Assembly (NCBI GenBank): GCA_030704615.1
Contig: CM060733.1
Location: 38,378,001 to 38,442,000 of the forward strand
DNA: 64,000 nucleotides
Origin: Takakia lepidozioides
Lineage: Eukaryota; Plantae; Bryophyta
Reading direction: 5' to 3'
In this document: in pieces, positions 47,701 to 62,700 of the stretch
Numbering within the stretch: the first letter of the stretch is position 1
Layout: each line of letters begins with the position of its first letter
Notes under the pieces: model-generated
Told to the model about the DNA's origin: nothing
The model's input: only the letters and a program-made list of their open reading frames with translations
The model's database searches: none
Translations under genes and position numbers: made by a program

Positions 47701-50700
47701 AACATCAACTGTCCACCCATTTGTGTCAGTTGCCAATTAGACCTAATATCTCAAATGTTGTCAAGAATATGTTTTACTTTTATACTCTCAAAATACTTAA
47801 ATGCTAGTTTACAATCATAATCATTGGTATTTTATTTTTTATAAATTTGAATTTGATTGATGAAGTAAAAGATACAGAACGTGGAATATATTGAACATTG
47901 TATTAAAAGTTGAACGAATTACAAACCTGACTGTCTTTGCTGAAGTTTGTTGCTATTGTTTGAAAAGCACATGCATACCTTGATGCTTCAGCTCCAGAGG
48001 AATCAAGAAGTAGGACTGCAAATCCACAGAACTGGTATGTATTATGTCAACATAGTTGACATTTTCAGCTATAAACTATCTTGGTAATAAATTAATGGAT
48101 ATTTTAAGCCTAAAGGTCTAACTTCCTACATTTCTCTTGTGTTGAGCAGTAGGCTCTGTAAAGTCACTGGACGTTAAAGTAACTTTATCTTTATCTCTCC
48201 AGTTGACCTTCAATAAAAACAAATCATGTATGGCAATTGCCCTAGACCCATTGGGTCGGGTCGCCCAAAGATTACGACATGGGAATAGGCTGATATCTAT
48301 ACGCCTTGCCCACTGGTAGAATATTGGGCGGCAGTGCTAGCATCAAAGGGGAGGGGGCATGACCCCTTCTTCAAAGGGCTGGTCCAATTGAGCCCTAAGA
48401 AATAAGTGGGCAGTGCAAAATCAGAGGTCTTATACTAGACCGAGGTCGCAGTGTTGGAATCACTAGAGTCGTCCTCTCGTTGTCCAACGTACTTGACATT
48501 GGTATAATTCAGTTTTCTAAACAACACACCCAATGTTGTCCCAAAATAAAAAGGAGGCAAACTGTAGTTAGCCAACATCATGAGACGTGTCTGTGGATTT
48601 TAACTACTTTGCTTAATCATTTAGGAAATTCAAACAGATTTACAATTTGTTTCTTTACTTCTTTGCAAAGGTTGCAAAAACTTTTGAGTCTTTTCATGCT
48701 CACAATTTTTTTTATAAATTTCCAGTTTATTTGGAAAAATACCAACGAAATATAGTTACATGACTCAACAAGTAGATCATAAATAATTTCTAATTATGAT
48801 GAATAAATGGTGGCCAGAGGTACAGATTTTGTAGTCAAGTAGGAACAAAACTAGAGACTAGTTTTGGGGTTTAACATATGAATGTGACCTGAGCATAAAC
48901 GTTTCGTTCCAAGAGAATCACCACTTGTAATATCGAATAAGAGAGTTCGTTCTTTGCCGACCTCAAGAGCTACGCGTTGCTCCTTTGACATACAAGAAAA
49001 TTTATTTGCGAATATACCCACATGATTGAGTTTGTGGAGACATGTTGTTATATTATTAAGAATGACTATAGTAGTATAAAAGGTGAGTCATTAGGTAATG
49101 GCTCTTCCTAATTGATGAGATATGTTGGTAGCAAAGATTACATAATTAGGTAATTTGAAAGCAATAAATACAAGTTATTGTCCCTCCAATATGCTTCTAT
49201 AATCCCTACATATGCAATGTTGGTGAGGTGCATTTGTCCAAATGTGATCTCACTAAGAACCATTGTAGTACTCATAATTGTGCATTGGAGCGCAATGAAG
49301 AGAAGTCATAAATTTTATAATGGTTTTGTTGAGTCACAAAGAATTATTCTGTACAATATCTACATTAAAATCTCATAATATTATTTTTGAATAAAGTAAA
49401 AAATACAAATTATTTTATTTTGTGCTTAAATTTAGAGAAAGAACGAAAGGAACGAAATTGAAAAGAGAGGGATTACAAGAGAAAAAAATGACCTCGGAGA
49501 TTTACAGTTTATAGGATGCAATAAAATTCATAATATTTGGATGTGAAAAACTGGCGAGGTTACTCTGAAAGAGGTTATTTTTTCCTCTCACTATAACTAA
49601 GGGGCCTGATTTGTGAGCTGTCGTTCCCAGGTGTTCCAAAAACAATTAAAAAAATTAAAAACCAAAAAAAAACTTTACTTTAGGGGTTTTATTTTTTATC
49701 CCCAAATAATAAATAATAAAATTTACCCCAAATAATAAAATTCACCAATGCCTCTGTCGCTGTTCTCTACATAAAACCAAAAAAAAAGGATAAAAACTAT
49801 TAAATGATATTATATATGACCTATGACAAATAAAATCTTAAAGTTCCACTAAACTATAAGTTATAATAATATAATAATGTAATCTTAATCGTAATAAAAA
49901 TCAAGCAATAGCAAATGGTATCATGGATCTAAAGGGATATAAAAGGGACCTAAGATCTGAGAAAAACGTGGATGTTAATGCACCAACATATATTAATATT
50001 GTGGTAAGCAAGCAAACATGTTTTGGAATGACTCCCGGAAACACCAACGAAGCATCTTTTAAGCAAAACTACTAAAAGTAACCAATACAAGAGAAAGAGA
50101 AAAGATAAAATTAAACTTAAACTTTAAATTGGATATTATTGCGATGAATATACATATACAGATATAATCAAAATTCATAATTAATAATAATCTGAGATAA
50201 GTAATTAGAGAATTCAAAAAGATGTGCATTCTATATAGGTTTTATTGGGGAATATGTAACAACGACTTATATCTTTTTAACTTTGATGCAGTAATAGTGA
50301 TTGGATAACACCCCCCAAGGATACTATATTTCAATAAATCTTATTATCTGGAATGTCGTACTTAATTATTTACAGGTCAAATGTTTGAAAACCAATCATT
50401 GTAATTCCATTAGACATCATTTACAAGCCAAGCCAATTCGCTATGTAATCATTTGTTCTACATTGAAGGCTGAGAGGATGTTGGTTGATGAGATTTTAAA
50501 AAGATGTTTTTTTATTATAAAAATCATTTAAACGATTATCTTAGCAGAAATATAAATCACGTTTTGTAAATATTTATTAAATAGTAAGAATTTTTTAAAT
50601 TTCTATTTATATGCAAGAAATAGATCATTTAAAGTCCAATATGTATGGTTGAAAACTATACAAATTTGAGATAAAAAATATTTGTTAACTGTCTTGTATT

Positions 50701-53700
50701 TAACAACCCCTGAATTATATTAAACAGTTTGATAATGTCAAAAAATGTAATATAGATAAGATCTTTATTCATTATAGATGGGTGGAATTATCATCATAGG
50801 AAATTGTCACTACTGCATGTATACATATTCTATACTATTCCAAGTCATTACTATTGGACTCACATTCTTTAGTTTTTGTGTGGGCCAATAATATTATAAC
50901 TAGCTCATATTGTACTGTGGAAGTTGGAGCGAGTAGAGGAGCACCCTATAAAAAGTACTACACAAATAGAGTTTAGAGCAGATTAATGTTCAACTACAAA
51001 CATTCTTCAATTATTAATATTTCTGTAGATAAATTCATATCACTCTAATATGTTGATATGGAAGAATTGGTGATATAAACTTTGAATCACTAGCGTTATT
51101 TTTTTCATGACTGACAGATTTAGTTCGTCACCTTGCCAAATTGAAATGATATAATCACCAAAAGCTACAGCATCTGAATGGCACATAGTAATACAATATG
51201 TATGATCAGCCAATGAGGTTTGTCTTGAAAAAAACTAAAAAAGTATGTCATTATATTCAAATTACATAGGGCCCGAAAGGTGCAATTTGAATGTTTAGTG
51301 CTAAGTCTAAGAAAATATTTCGCTCTGCATTGCCAAGACAATTGATAGCATGTATATCATATACATCAAGTTCATAACAGAGAGCTGGTGAGTATCACTA
51401 GCATGTTGAATTTCAGTATAGTCCAGAGTGTAGACAAGGGCCACTTGGGCAATCATTCAAATACTCTATGTAATCATGACATCAATTCTTACTAAACTCA
51501 TGCTCCTAGAGTAATGGATAAGTTCTTTCTCTTTGTGAATACAATCTTCAATCCTCCCATGGACCATCTTAATTGATCTCTAAACTGACATGGTGGTCAT
51601 ACAAGAAATGCATATGTGTAGATGAACTCAATCAGCTATGAGAGGTCTGAGGGGGCTATGGGGTCGCGAGAAAATTTGCGATTTAGAGTTGCAATCTAAA
51701 AATACTTGTTTTAAGGCGGGCTAAGATGTATGACCCCTCAGCCCAAAACCAAAAGGTTTCATACTTCTTGCACATCACTTAATAGTGACAATGTCATCTT
51801 GTGCAATATACGCATGAAAACATTATGTATGTATGCATGATTGAGCGAATATACAAAGAAATAACAATACATCAACATGTGGAGGTGGACCTATGCAAGT
51901 GCGTGATTTATAGCACACTTCATAGGAAGGAACCCCATCATCCCACGAGAGAGGTTTTCTCTACGGGTAAAAGATTTGAACAATTTATGGCTAGCATAGA
52001 GAGTAGTTACAACATTCATACCCATAAGTAGGCTGGACGAATAATAGTCTACTTTTGCCACATGTTATACGACCCCAAGATAAGGAATTACTCTCATTAT
52101 AAATCCCCGTCTCCATTGTTACTATCTATCAAATGTCCGAGAATCCAGATCTTAGAATTGATTCGATGTGATGGTTGCGATAAGTGATTCCGTGCATATT
52201 TTATAGCATAGGACTCGGCCCTGATCTATGGCATGGGGCTATAAACTGGAAACGCCCGTAGTGTAATTTGATATCTAATGGTCGTAATCAAAAGTAGCAC
52301 ACTGCATCCAAATAGCTCTTCAAGATCTTCAATCAAATCTTATAAGTACGCACATTTGGGAAACTCTTTCGCACTTAACATGTTGATAAGTCTTCAGCTT
52401 ATGATTATTTCATTGTTGCTCATGCATTAAGAGCCATATGTTTGAGCTTTTTGTCTTTGCAATAGGTGGTCATTGGTTCCAATTCTGGTGTTTTGAATCT
52501 AAACTAGCTTAGACCCAAGATTAAATAATGCTAAAAGAGAAACCTCTACATTATCAATCTATCCCCCTTTCAAATGCTCAATTATGTATAACTATGGACT
52601 TGTAAAGAAGCACCGAGCCCTCAACGGTGGGACCCTTCTAGAAGGTTGCCTCCGCCACAAGTACACTTCTCCAAGCCTGCTGGGTCCCACTGCTCCACCA
52701 TCCATGTATTAATGTCCATGGCATGGGGTGCGCAGTTTTCCGGGCCCTTTCTGAGCCTTTTTCTTAGCCTTAATACAGGCTTTTCCCGTTCCCTGTAGGC
52801 CCTTACTTCATTCCAGGACCACTCTCTAATCCCCACACCCCCTTTCAAACCTGGGCCCTTATTCAAATCGAAACTTCGTGGGATAGATTTCAAAGATAGC
52901 ATATTCGGGTTTGGCTTGTCAGAGGAGATAGCATGAAGAGGATTGCACTCACCAATTCTCTAGGTTCGGCTCCTTTATAGCTAAGATAAAATACAGTTTT
53001 TTAGAAACTATGGAATATTATTTGAGATTATTAAGATTAAAGCTGAGATTTAATCTGTAGTTTTTTAAAAGAAATCCAGGGAATAATGGTGAGATTCCGA
53101 ACATTAGTTTCAAGAATAAATTATAGATATACATTATAATCTACTTTAGGACATTTGATCTGAAATTACATGCAACTTCATCTAGGAACTTAAGCTAGAA
53201 ATGTTATGTATTGTAAAACTAATTAGATGATTCCGTCCCTCACAAAAACTGTGTTGTTGTGAGATTGAACAAAGATGAATATCAAATTGAGGACTAGAAA
53301 CTCACATTTTTCATATTCTACCTGTAGACAACAAATTGGGTCCTTATTCTATACTACATTGAATGCTAATCATTCTTGTTATTTTGCATTCTCCAAATTC
53401 ATAATTTAGATTGTCTCAATTGGTGTATAGGAAAACTCTTGTAAAAAATTACCATATAAGTTTGCACAAATGGAACTCAGACTTATAATTACGACAACCA
53501 TCATATGCATATCACCTAATTAGTAATGTAATACCAAGGGTAATTGGGCAAAATAGGATTAGACATGATTTTTTTATGGGTCTCAAAAAGTATGTCATAT
53601 AGTATCATATGACAAGGATTCAATTTTGTGATGCTAGGGAGAGCTTAAATATTCAATTGACATTGAATTTAGAGAAGAAATAAATAAATAAATAAATATT

Positions 53701-56700
53701 GTATGGCATTCCTAAAACATTGCAAAACTACAAACATGGGGGGATCACTAAGTATTATATGTCTATATAGTAAGGAGGTGTAAGTACCGAATTTTGGAGA
53801 TATAGTGTAACATGACCTATTATTACCTCCCTATGATAGTGCCAATGGGTTCAATCCAAACAAACTAATTACTAGATGTAGACTTAGGTTGGCACCATAA
53901 AATCCAGTGAATTGGGGTTTAGAGCTTTACTAGGTGACCGTTGCAAGATGTAGAATATAAATATGGGACATCCATGTAGTGTATATATATAATTTCAAAT
54001 ATTGACCTTGAAGGAATAAGGGGTCATGGGCTCCAGATACATAGACATGAGGGTGTGTCAATTATCATCTATTCTTTTAGCCACCCAAGCTGTTACCCCC
54101 TCGAGCACGAGCCTGTCTTTTGTAAGCCCCATCCAAAACCAGACATACCCTCATGGATGACGGTAAATCTCTCATTTGACAAACATCCTCAAGGATGAAC
54201 AATATGAAAATGATCCTACCTACTTCATGCACCTCTTGTAAAAATTTCAGAAGATTTGACCGTCTAATTATGAAGATTGTAACAAAAATGTTAGGCCCAA
54301 TTTTCTGCCATTCTCCATTGTCACAGTGAAAGATTGGTTTGACTAAGCAGTGTCCACCCAAAAATCAAGAGCCAAATTCCAAAAATTCACAATGGTTGCT
54401 TTGTATGGGAAAACCCGGGGAGGGCGGTAGGGGTAAAAATGGCCATGTCTATCATGGGACCCCCAGATCACCCCAAATGTGTTCCAATTTTTTGAGGGAA
54501 GAAAAATTCCTCTGGTCATGTTATTACTAGCCTTCATAGTCATAACCCCGAAAAAAAAAGAAACAATTCTAAGTTGTTGACAGATAGAGATTGCTGAAAG
54601 ACCAATTTCCGACTTGAATTGCTTAAGCAGGTAGAGAATTTCGGCCAAGAGAAAAGGGACACGTCATCGAATTCAATGAACTAAGGGGGGGCCGGATGTC
54701 GAACACCCCCTAATGGCCGAGTTTCACTGGCACCAGTCGCCGACAAATGCCCACACCCACCCAATTGGCCCTGCCATGTCATTATGAAGTCAACCATATT
54801 TGAGGACCTCAAACCATGGGATCTTCGGTACTACCCATGGCGCTCAAAAATCTTGACAGCAGTCCTTTAGGTTTTGTAGGGTGCAATCAATTCACAAGGG
54901 GGCGCGGAATCTAATAAGCTACATTTTGCATTTCGGGCTCGATTTCATCCGACTTCATCTGCGGGTTTTTCATCCATTTGAGGTCTCGCCACGACCCGTT
55001 GGTGTCCTCTTAGGAATTAAAAAATGGTAAATATATGGGATTTTTGGTTGAAAACCTTTCCTTTATCCATCGTTGACGGTTAGAAGTAGATTGTATGCTA
55101 TTTAATAATAATAAAAATAACAGTTTTAAGTTAAACATGCTCTGCCTACATGACTATGTATTCGTTAAGGTAATTCTATATCTTAGAGTCTTACCGGTGG
55201 ATCTTTTATTCCTGCTGAGCAATTGGTCACCTGTAAATCAACAATTTTTTTAGAATATGTGATAACTTCCGTGGTTGCATACTATGATGAAAATCAAAAA
55301 TCAAAAGGGGGCCGAGGCCTTGTAAATCATATGAAGATAAACATGGAAAAAATAACTATGCAAAGAGCCATGAGGGTAATATCCGACGATTGGGTAATAC
55401 TCTACCTAGCCTACCTTTGGCAAGCTAAAACTGCAGCACCAAGTTCCCTGAGAAAACTCAGTATGTTGTGTTGTGTACCAACTTAAAAAGAAATCTACTT
55501 GACTTTAACCTAAGATTTCTCACTATATTCTGTCACGATAAATAAATTGTCATAAACGAAGTTTATTGTTTTTCAGCTTAACCCTTGAGTTCCCAAGCGA
55601 CCTGAATCGGGTCACTTTGAATTTGCAGTTCGACCTAATTTTTGCAGATCTAATCTGATGGGGCCCACTCCTGAAGCTTTAATGACAAGGGATTTGTCTC
55701 GAGTATGATGCAAAAAAAAAAAAACAAAAAAAAACAAAAGCTACGATCTACAAAAAAATATCTTAGATCCTTCATTTATGTTTTGGGCCTGAAAAGGGCT
55801 TGACCGCTGACGTGGCAGGTAAACAAGCCCAAAACAGATTGCACTCCAAAGGCCATTTTTGGCAGAAAATTAGCAATTTTGGAAAAAGCGCTTCACCTTG
55901 TGGTGTGTGAGCATTACATACACACATCCACCATTGGCTTTTAAAAAATTTGTAGAAAAAAAAGTACTTCATTTGGAGGCACATTTTCTCTCGTCAATTT
56001 TGAGATTTCAACCCCCATGTAATTGCATGCAAAGCAACCATAGGTGAGAAAATCAGTTGGACCTGCAATTTAGTGGGGTCATAGCCACTCCACTATTGAT
56101 TTGGAAATGGTGGGTCTTGGGGCAAGCAAAATTGGATAAAGCTAGGTTTTGATTTGGTCAAACCAATTTCTTTCTCACTTTTTCTTTGGGACCTGATATT
56201 TGAGGTCCTCGCCAACGTTATAATCTCACAATTTCCACGGTGGACTTGGGCTCATTTTTTGGTATGTCATGCATAAATGAGCTGGGCCCATTGCTATAAG
56301 GCTGGAATCTCCTGATGATTTTTGGTAGGTTTCTAGGGGCAATTTACTGCAGCTGGGTACCCAAAATTGGTAAAAAGTAAAAAAAAAGGCTTGGGAACTT
56401 AATGGTTAAACCAATTTGACGTGACTTTCTTACAAGTTCTTGTTCTAAATTTGTCACAGTTTAAATGGGTAATGGATTAGGTACTGAAATAAATACCCTC
56501 ACTCCAAATTCTGCAGGAAGTGTCCCTGTATTCTCCACTGAGACGGACATTTTCCCATATCTGGAGGCTGCCTCAAAATTTTGCACTTCTGCTTTTTTAA
56601 TTTTACCTTGAGCTCTGTTAACATAAAGATTTTAACAATGATATATGCATAAGGCTTGAGATTATAAAATAAAAAGGACATTCAAGTAAGCAAAGAGGTA

Positions 56701-59700
56701 TATTATACATGAATTACATATAATTTTGAGGTAAACAGTTCTTAATAATAACAACTGTTGGACGATCTATCACAACATAAACAGAGGTATGACTTGGTGG
56801 AAAGACATCTTGTGCATTGGCCTATGTGTCTAGGGCTCAAACCCTTGTGACATGTACTTTCACCGGATTTAGGCAACGTGGACTCCTCTTAGAGGCCCCC
56901 GTCAAATCCTTCCCACCCCCTCTTACCTTGGACTCAATATTAAGTATTTCAAAATGCAAGATTTTTGTGTATAATGGTGAGTAGTCTAATGGTAAGATCG
57001 TAGTGATGGTATCTGAGATGTGTGGCATTCAATTTTTGGTAGTGGTAGTGTCACCCCATCTTGTGTGGTTCACGGACGTTTGGTGTAACTTCCTCTTAGT
57101 ACATTTAAAACTTAGTCAAAAAATTTCATGATCCACCAAGTGGGAGTCACACAATTGGAGTGACACTCCTTTTCATGTCATCCTAGTATCATGTTACCCA
57201 ATCTGTGTTACTCTCAAGAGGGGGTGTCGAAGAACTGGTATGCCAAAAACCGACATACTGTGTTGTCAAAGATTGCCATGTGTACATTAAGTTCCTACAT
57301 TAAAGTTCTGAAGGAGGATTTATTTCCCCCCTCATGGCCCAGTTATTGGGGTTGGAACAAGGAATAAAATTAGAAGTAAAAATACTAAATATAATTTTAT
57401 ACACATTCCAAAATATATATGCATAATTATATGAAATATATATAAATAGTTTTAAGGTAATGATGTCATCACTTGTTTTGAATCCACGTTAGAGATGCAG
57501 CATTAACTTCTAATGTAATTACAGATGTCATTTGGGCACGTCCTTGAAAACGGATATTGATATTCTCTTTTCCAGGTGCACTGCTCTGTAATTTTCACAA
57601 CATTCATGGATATTGTATATTATAAAAAGTTTTATAGTACATCATAACACAGTTTTACAAGTATAGCTGATATGTATTTGCAGAGACAAATCTGTACATT
57701 GGAGACTGTAGAATACATAAATTGCTCTTTAAGAAGATCATTACTATAGTAATCTATAAATGAATTAAGATAGTAATATTTTACCAAAAAGCATTATATT
57801 GCTAGAATATATTGAGATCATGAGACTCTTTTCTTACAATTTTATTTTCTATTCTAATTCTCATTTGTTGTGTTATAATATGTGATTACACAAAGCGGGT
57901 TTGGGTATACTTTTGTAAAATACAGTAATAACATTTTTAGATTAAAATTTACTAAATATTATAAAGTTGCATACAACTTACATTGTGCCATGTACTAGCT
58001 TGTCCAAATTTAGTGACTGCATATTTTGGTGTTGGTGGCTGTTTGCGCAAGAGTTGTTCGTCCTCCTTCAAAATGTTTGATGTTGTAATTTTAAGATTTA
58101 TATTTAAAATTATAATATGATACATAATACATTAAAGATGTATTATATATTTTATGTTGTTAAAATAAATAAATAAACCTGAAATATAGTTTTTTAAGCA
58201 AAAAGTATGAAAGTTTACCTTTGCATAATCGATAAGTTGGTTTGATAGACATGCTTTGGCCTCCATTCGGCATTTGTCAAATTGCCTTTTAAAAGGTGTA
58301 TATGAAACACCAATTTTATTACAGGTTAATCCAGAGCTATCATATTTATCTTTAGTAAGTGTCAGCCATGTGTTAAGGTTGGTCGAAAGTTTCAAATTCT
58401 GTTTCAAAAATGTAATAAATGTTTGGGATAAATACAGTACTGTAAGTTAGAGAATATCAAACCTATGAGAGTACTTGATAATTACTTGAAGCTCATACTA
58501 CATTGGATAAGAAACTTTTGATTATTAAATTTCACACCAAGAAACTCACATACTAGGACGGAAACCTAAGTTCTTGTTTTTTGATTAGCTGAACACCTAT
58601 ATTTGTTGGTTGAACAAGATACTACTCAAATATGAACTAATGGTCATATTTGTACTTAAACCTCAACCCTCAAAATTCAGCAAAGAAAGTATACAATAAA
58701 GAAAATTTTACTCCAAGTATCTAAATTTTAATCTCAATGTCAACCTCATTTAACAATACGAACGTTTTTATTTGGTGGATTTCGAATAGTTTTTGGGAAG
58801 CCTAAATCGTCGGCAATGTCCCACCTCTGCCTTCATGGCCTTCTACCAGGTTATTTTTTCTTGGGTTGTTACATTCCTATTTTATCAATAAATTTAAGGT
58901 CCTCTGTCCCCTTTCTTTTTAAGAAAAAAGAAAAGAAAAAATCGTCCATATTTATCTCTTTAGTGTTTTCTTAAGCAACACCAGACAGCATGGGATGGGC
59001 AGCTCCATTGTCTCTCTTAGAGACAATGATGGAATCTCATCATCTCTTCCTAATGTTGTGACTTCTATTGCTTATTTCCAAAATCTTTTTGGCCCAAGGC
59101 CACACGGAAGTGGTCTCGCGTGCTCGGGAACAAGCATTGGAGGCTATTCCTTGTTTACCATCCGCTCGAGATGAGGACTTGCTTAACGTCCCCTTTTATA
59201 AGGAAGAGATCAGTGTAGCGATGGAAAGTTTGAGCACGGCCAATCTTCTGCTGATGACCTCACACCCATTGGCAAAACCCAAGTCCCTACTTCCTGGGCT
59301 GATGGACATCAAGATTAGTGATTGATGCTCGGGGAAAGTTAACCCCCTTGCCCTCCCTGGGTGTGGAAGATACGTGGATCTTTCATGTCAATTCCCTATG
59401 TTTCCCTCTTGCGGCGCTTCAATTTGATCTTGGTGAATGGATATGGATGGACAAGAATCACACTGTTTTATTTGGTTATATGGCTAATTAGCTTGGTTAG
59501 TCCTTGTTGCGTCCTCCTCATGCCAGCACTAGTTGGAAATGGAACAAGCTGTGGCCCTTTGGGCTCTCAGCCAGCATATGGCCCACGATATGGAAAGATG
59601 TTTGGAGGAAAGAAAAGGGGGCCATAATCAGTGTCTTCCTTTAGAAGATCCTTAATGTACATGATCCTTCATGTGGCTCTAGTTCTCCTAACTCTCCCCT

Positions 59701-62700
59701 TTGTAAAAAATGTTCATCTTTTGCTAACGACACCATTGAGCATTGCCTGTTACTTTGCCTAAGGGCTCGGGCAGTTTGGCACCTGGTCTTTTTGTTTCAT
59801 TCCAGGTGGGCTGTTTACTCCTAGTCATGATTCGCAGCTCCTGCTGCTCAATATTCACAGGGGTAAACTATGGTGTTCCTCCCCCATTTGGGATGTCTTC
59901 GTGCTCATGCTCTTTCGCATCTTTGGAAAACTCGATGTGCTTTTATCTATGAACCCTCATAGGCCGATATCCCCTTAGAGCCTGTATCCATGTAGACCCG
60001 ACCCCTTCCAATGACATCATCGTTGGAATGGGTTTGACCAAGGGCTCGACCGTTGACTTGGCGACGGGTCTGTCTATATAGCCACCCGATCTCCCAAGAC
60101 GAGCCGGTTACATTGCCGGTCTCCTTCTTCCACGTGTGCTTCACACATGACAGTCAAAGGTCGGACCAATCTCCCAACTTCCAGCTTTTCACGTAGAGTT
60201 AGGAGATCAGACCCGAGATAGGGTTTGGGTCCGGGTTTTGCACATAGAAGTGCCCGACGGACATTCAACACCCGGTCATGACATCATCTTTTGGTCGGGT
60301 TTGACCACATGGACACCCAAGTTAGTTTGTCTGCATGGCCCTTCTTGGGTGGCCCTTCTTGGGTTACTTTTTCCCACTGCCTTTGCTTTTGTTATTTCTT
60401 GGCCTCGGCGGTTGTTGCATAGCTTCAGTCTCAGCTTTCTCCCTATTTAATTTGATTAAAAGGGCATCTATCCCTCTCTTTTTTAATTAAAAAATTAAAA
60501 TTAAATTAAGAAATTCACATCAATCACATAATAATACTATCTACACACTACTTATATGGGTGAAAATTTCTAATATGAGGAAGTGAGGGTACATGATGGT
60601 CAAAATGAAATACTTGAAAAATAGATGATATATACATACCTCATTAGGTACAGATATAAACCGATCACCCATATTTGGAAATGATGTATAAGGCGAGTAA
60701 TCTCCTTGTAATCTACCCAGAATGTTTTTATCTTGACTTAGAATCGTTGCACTTGCAGGAGTTAATAACAATGTCTCCTAAAACATTATATAAAAACTAT
60801 GTGAAAATATTGTTGATATAATTAACAGTAACATTAAATGTCAATAAACCATGAATTAAATAAGAAAATTATATCAATTGAATGCCATACAGATACATAG
60901 GTAGGTAGATACCTAGAATCTTGTTTTTCCTTACTTCAATTCTAGTTTTTGAACATGGTTTACAAATTATGATTGTTGTTATGCTAGCTTCAAGCCCCAT
61001 TACGAATGTGGCGATATGTCTAGAAATAGTTTTATAATGATTTATAATAATATAAAATAAATAATTTATGAATAGATACAAATGTTATAAAATAAATATT
61101 ATAATAAAATGATTAAAAATACATATATTAATTTTGTGAAAAGTAGCATACATGTAGTTGTAAACAAAATTAGAATGTATGTTAAAAAATGTATGTTAAA
61201 ATTGAATCTAATTTTAATATAGTATACTCGATCTTATATAGTGATACAATAATTTATAAATTTAGGTTAAATAATTTTGTAGCTTTCCTGACCATTGGTT
61301 CGCTATATCCGGTTCTGTTTCTGAAAATCTTGTCTATACTGATCTTTATAGTAAAATCAATTGTCGAATCTCCAAATTCATATGTAGCGTACCTGATCAA
61401 ATTTTATTTTTAAAGTAAAATAAATTTATCTAATGATTAAGATATTACTCTGCCTCCTGCACCTATGTCAAACCCCTCGAAATTCAGCCTATCCCAATGA
61501 GTAAGACAATGCAAGCTTGCATCAGAGTCCACCTAATTAAAAAGAGGGAATTAATATCATGGTGAACTGATTTTGTTCCACTGGCTTGTTTCTTTCTCAA
61601 CTCTTAAGGGCTCCCTGTAAATACTTAAAATTGTTTTCGTCTTTTCCGTTTGAAAAAATCATAACAGTATTTTTTTTAAGTGTTTGATTTAACGTGCAGC
61701 AAGTCTTAAACATTTCAACATTTTAATTGATTGAAAAAAGTCAGAACTCATAGCTTATTAAAACTAATTTGATAAATTAAAGATAATACAAAGAAAGAAA
61801 TGAAACGGATGTGTCCCTCAGCAAATAGTTCCACATGAAGTTATCATCTCGCTATAGGAAACCTTAACACATTGCAGTATATTTTGTTAACTTTCAAGTA
61901 TCATTTTAGAATGATATAATACTCATATAGTATACAGCATAAAAAACATCGAGAAAAAGAAGTAATTTGTAACATGTCTTATACACATATACATCTACGA
62001 GCTTAAATATATGCAATTTAAATTAGGTAATTAGATATGTTATATAGTTTATTTTGTAAACTTTTAGTATCATTTTAAGAATGATATAGTATACAACATA
62101 CAAAACATCTAGAAAAATAATAAATTTGTAACATGACTTATATAAACATATACATCCACGAGCTTAATTACATGTAATTTAAAGTGAGTAATATAAATAT
62201 TTATACTATAAATGTGATATATACGTATTTGACCAAATATAATAAACTCTGAGAATCACTATTTTGTGAGATTATAAAAATAAAAATACACTGATGAAGA
62301 TTCTTCCTTACCAGTGTGTACCCCATCTAAGACAAAATGCAGTTGATTTCGTGCTTTTATAGTTTGTTTTCCAGCCTCCGCCTGCCAACGAAAGCAAAAT
62401 TTGAATCTCATGGCATGGATATGTGCATTGTGGAGCCAGTGAAGGCTGTGCATAAGCAGAGACACGGCTTAAGGACGGTTAGATGCCCAATCTACCGAGT
62501 TGCGTCCTTTTCTCATTTGAGGACAAGAGGTCTAATGTTGGGCCTTTGACAAAGGGCATCCAAAACATGAATATGTCCGTCAATTGAACGGCACCCATAA
62601 TTCTTTCGAATCGCATACAATATATCACAGATCTTCATTAAGATGTTGCCTTGATTTGTTTTCCAGTTTGTCATTGAAAATCGCAGGGTGCATTCTGCCA

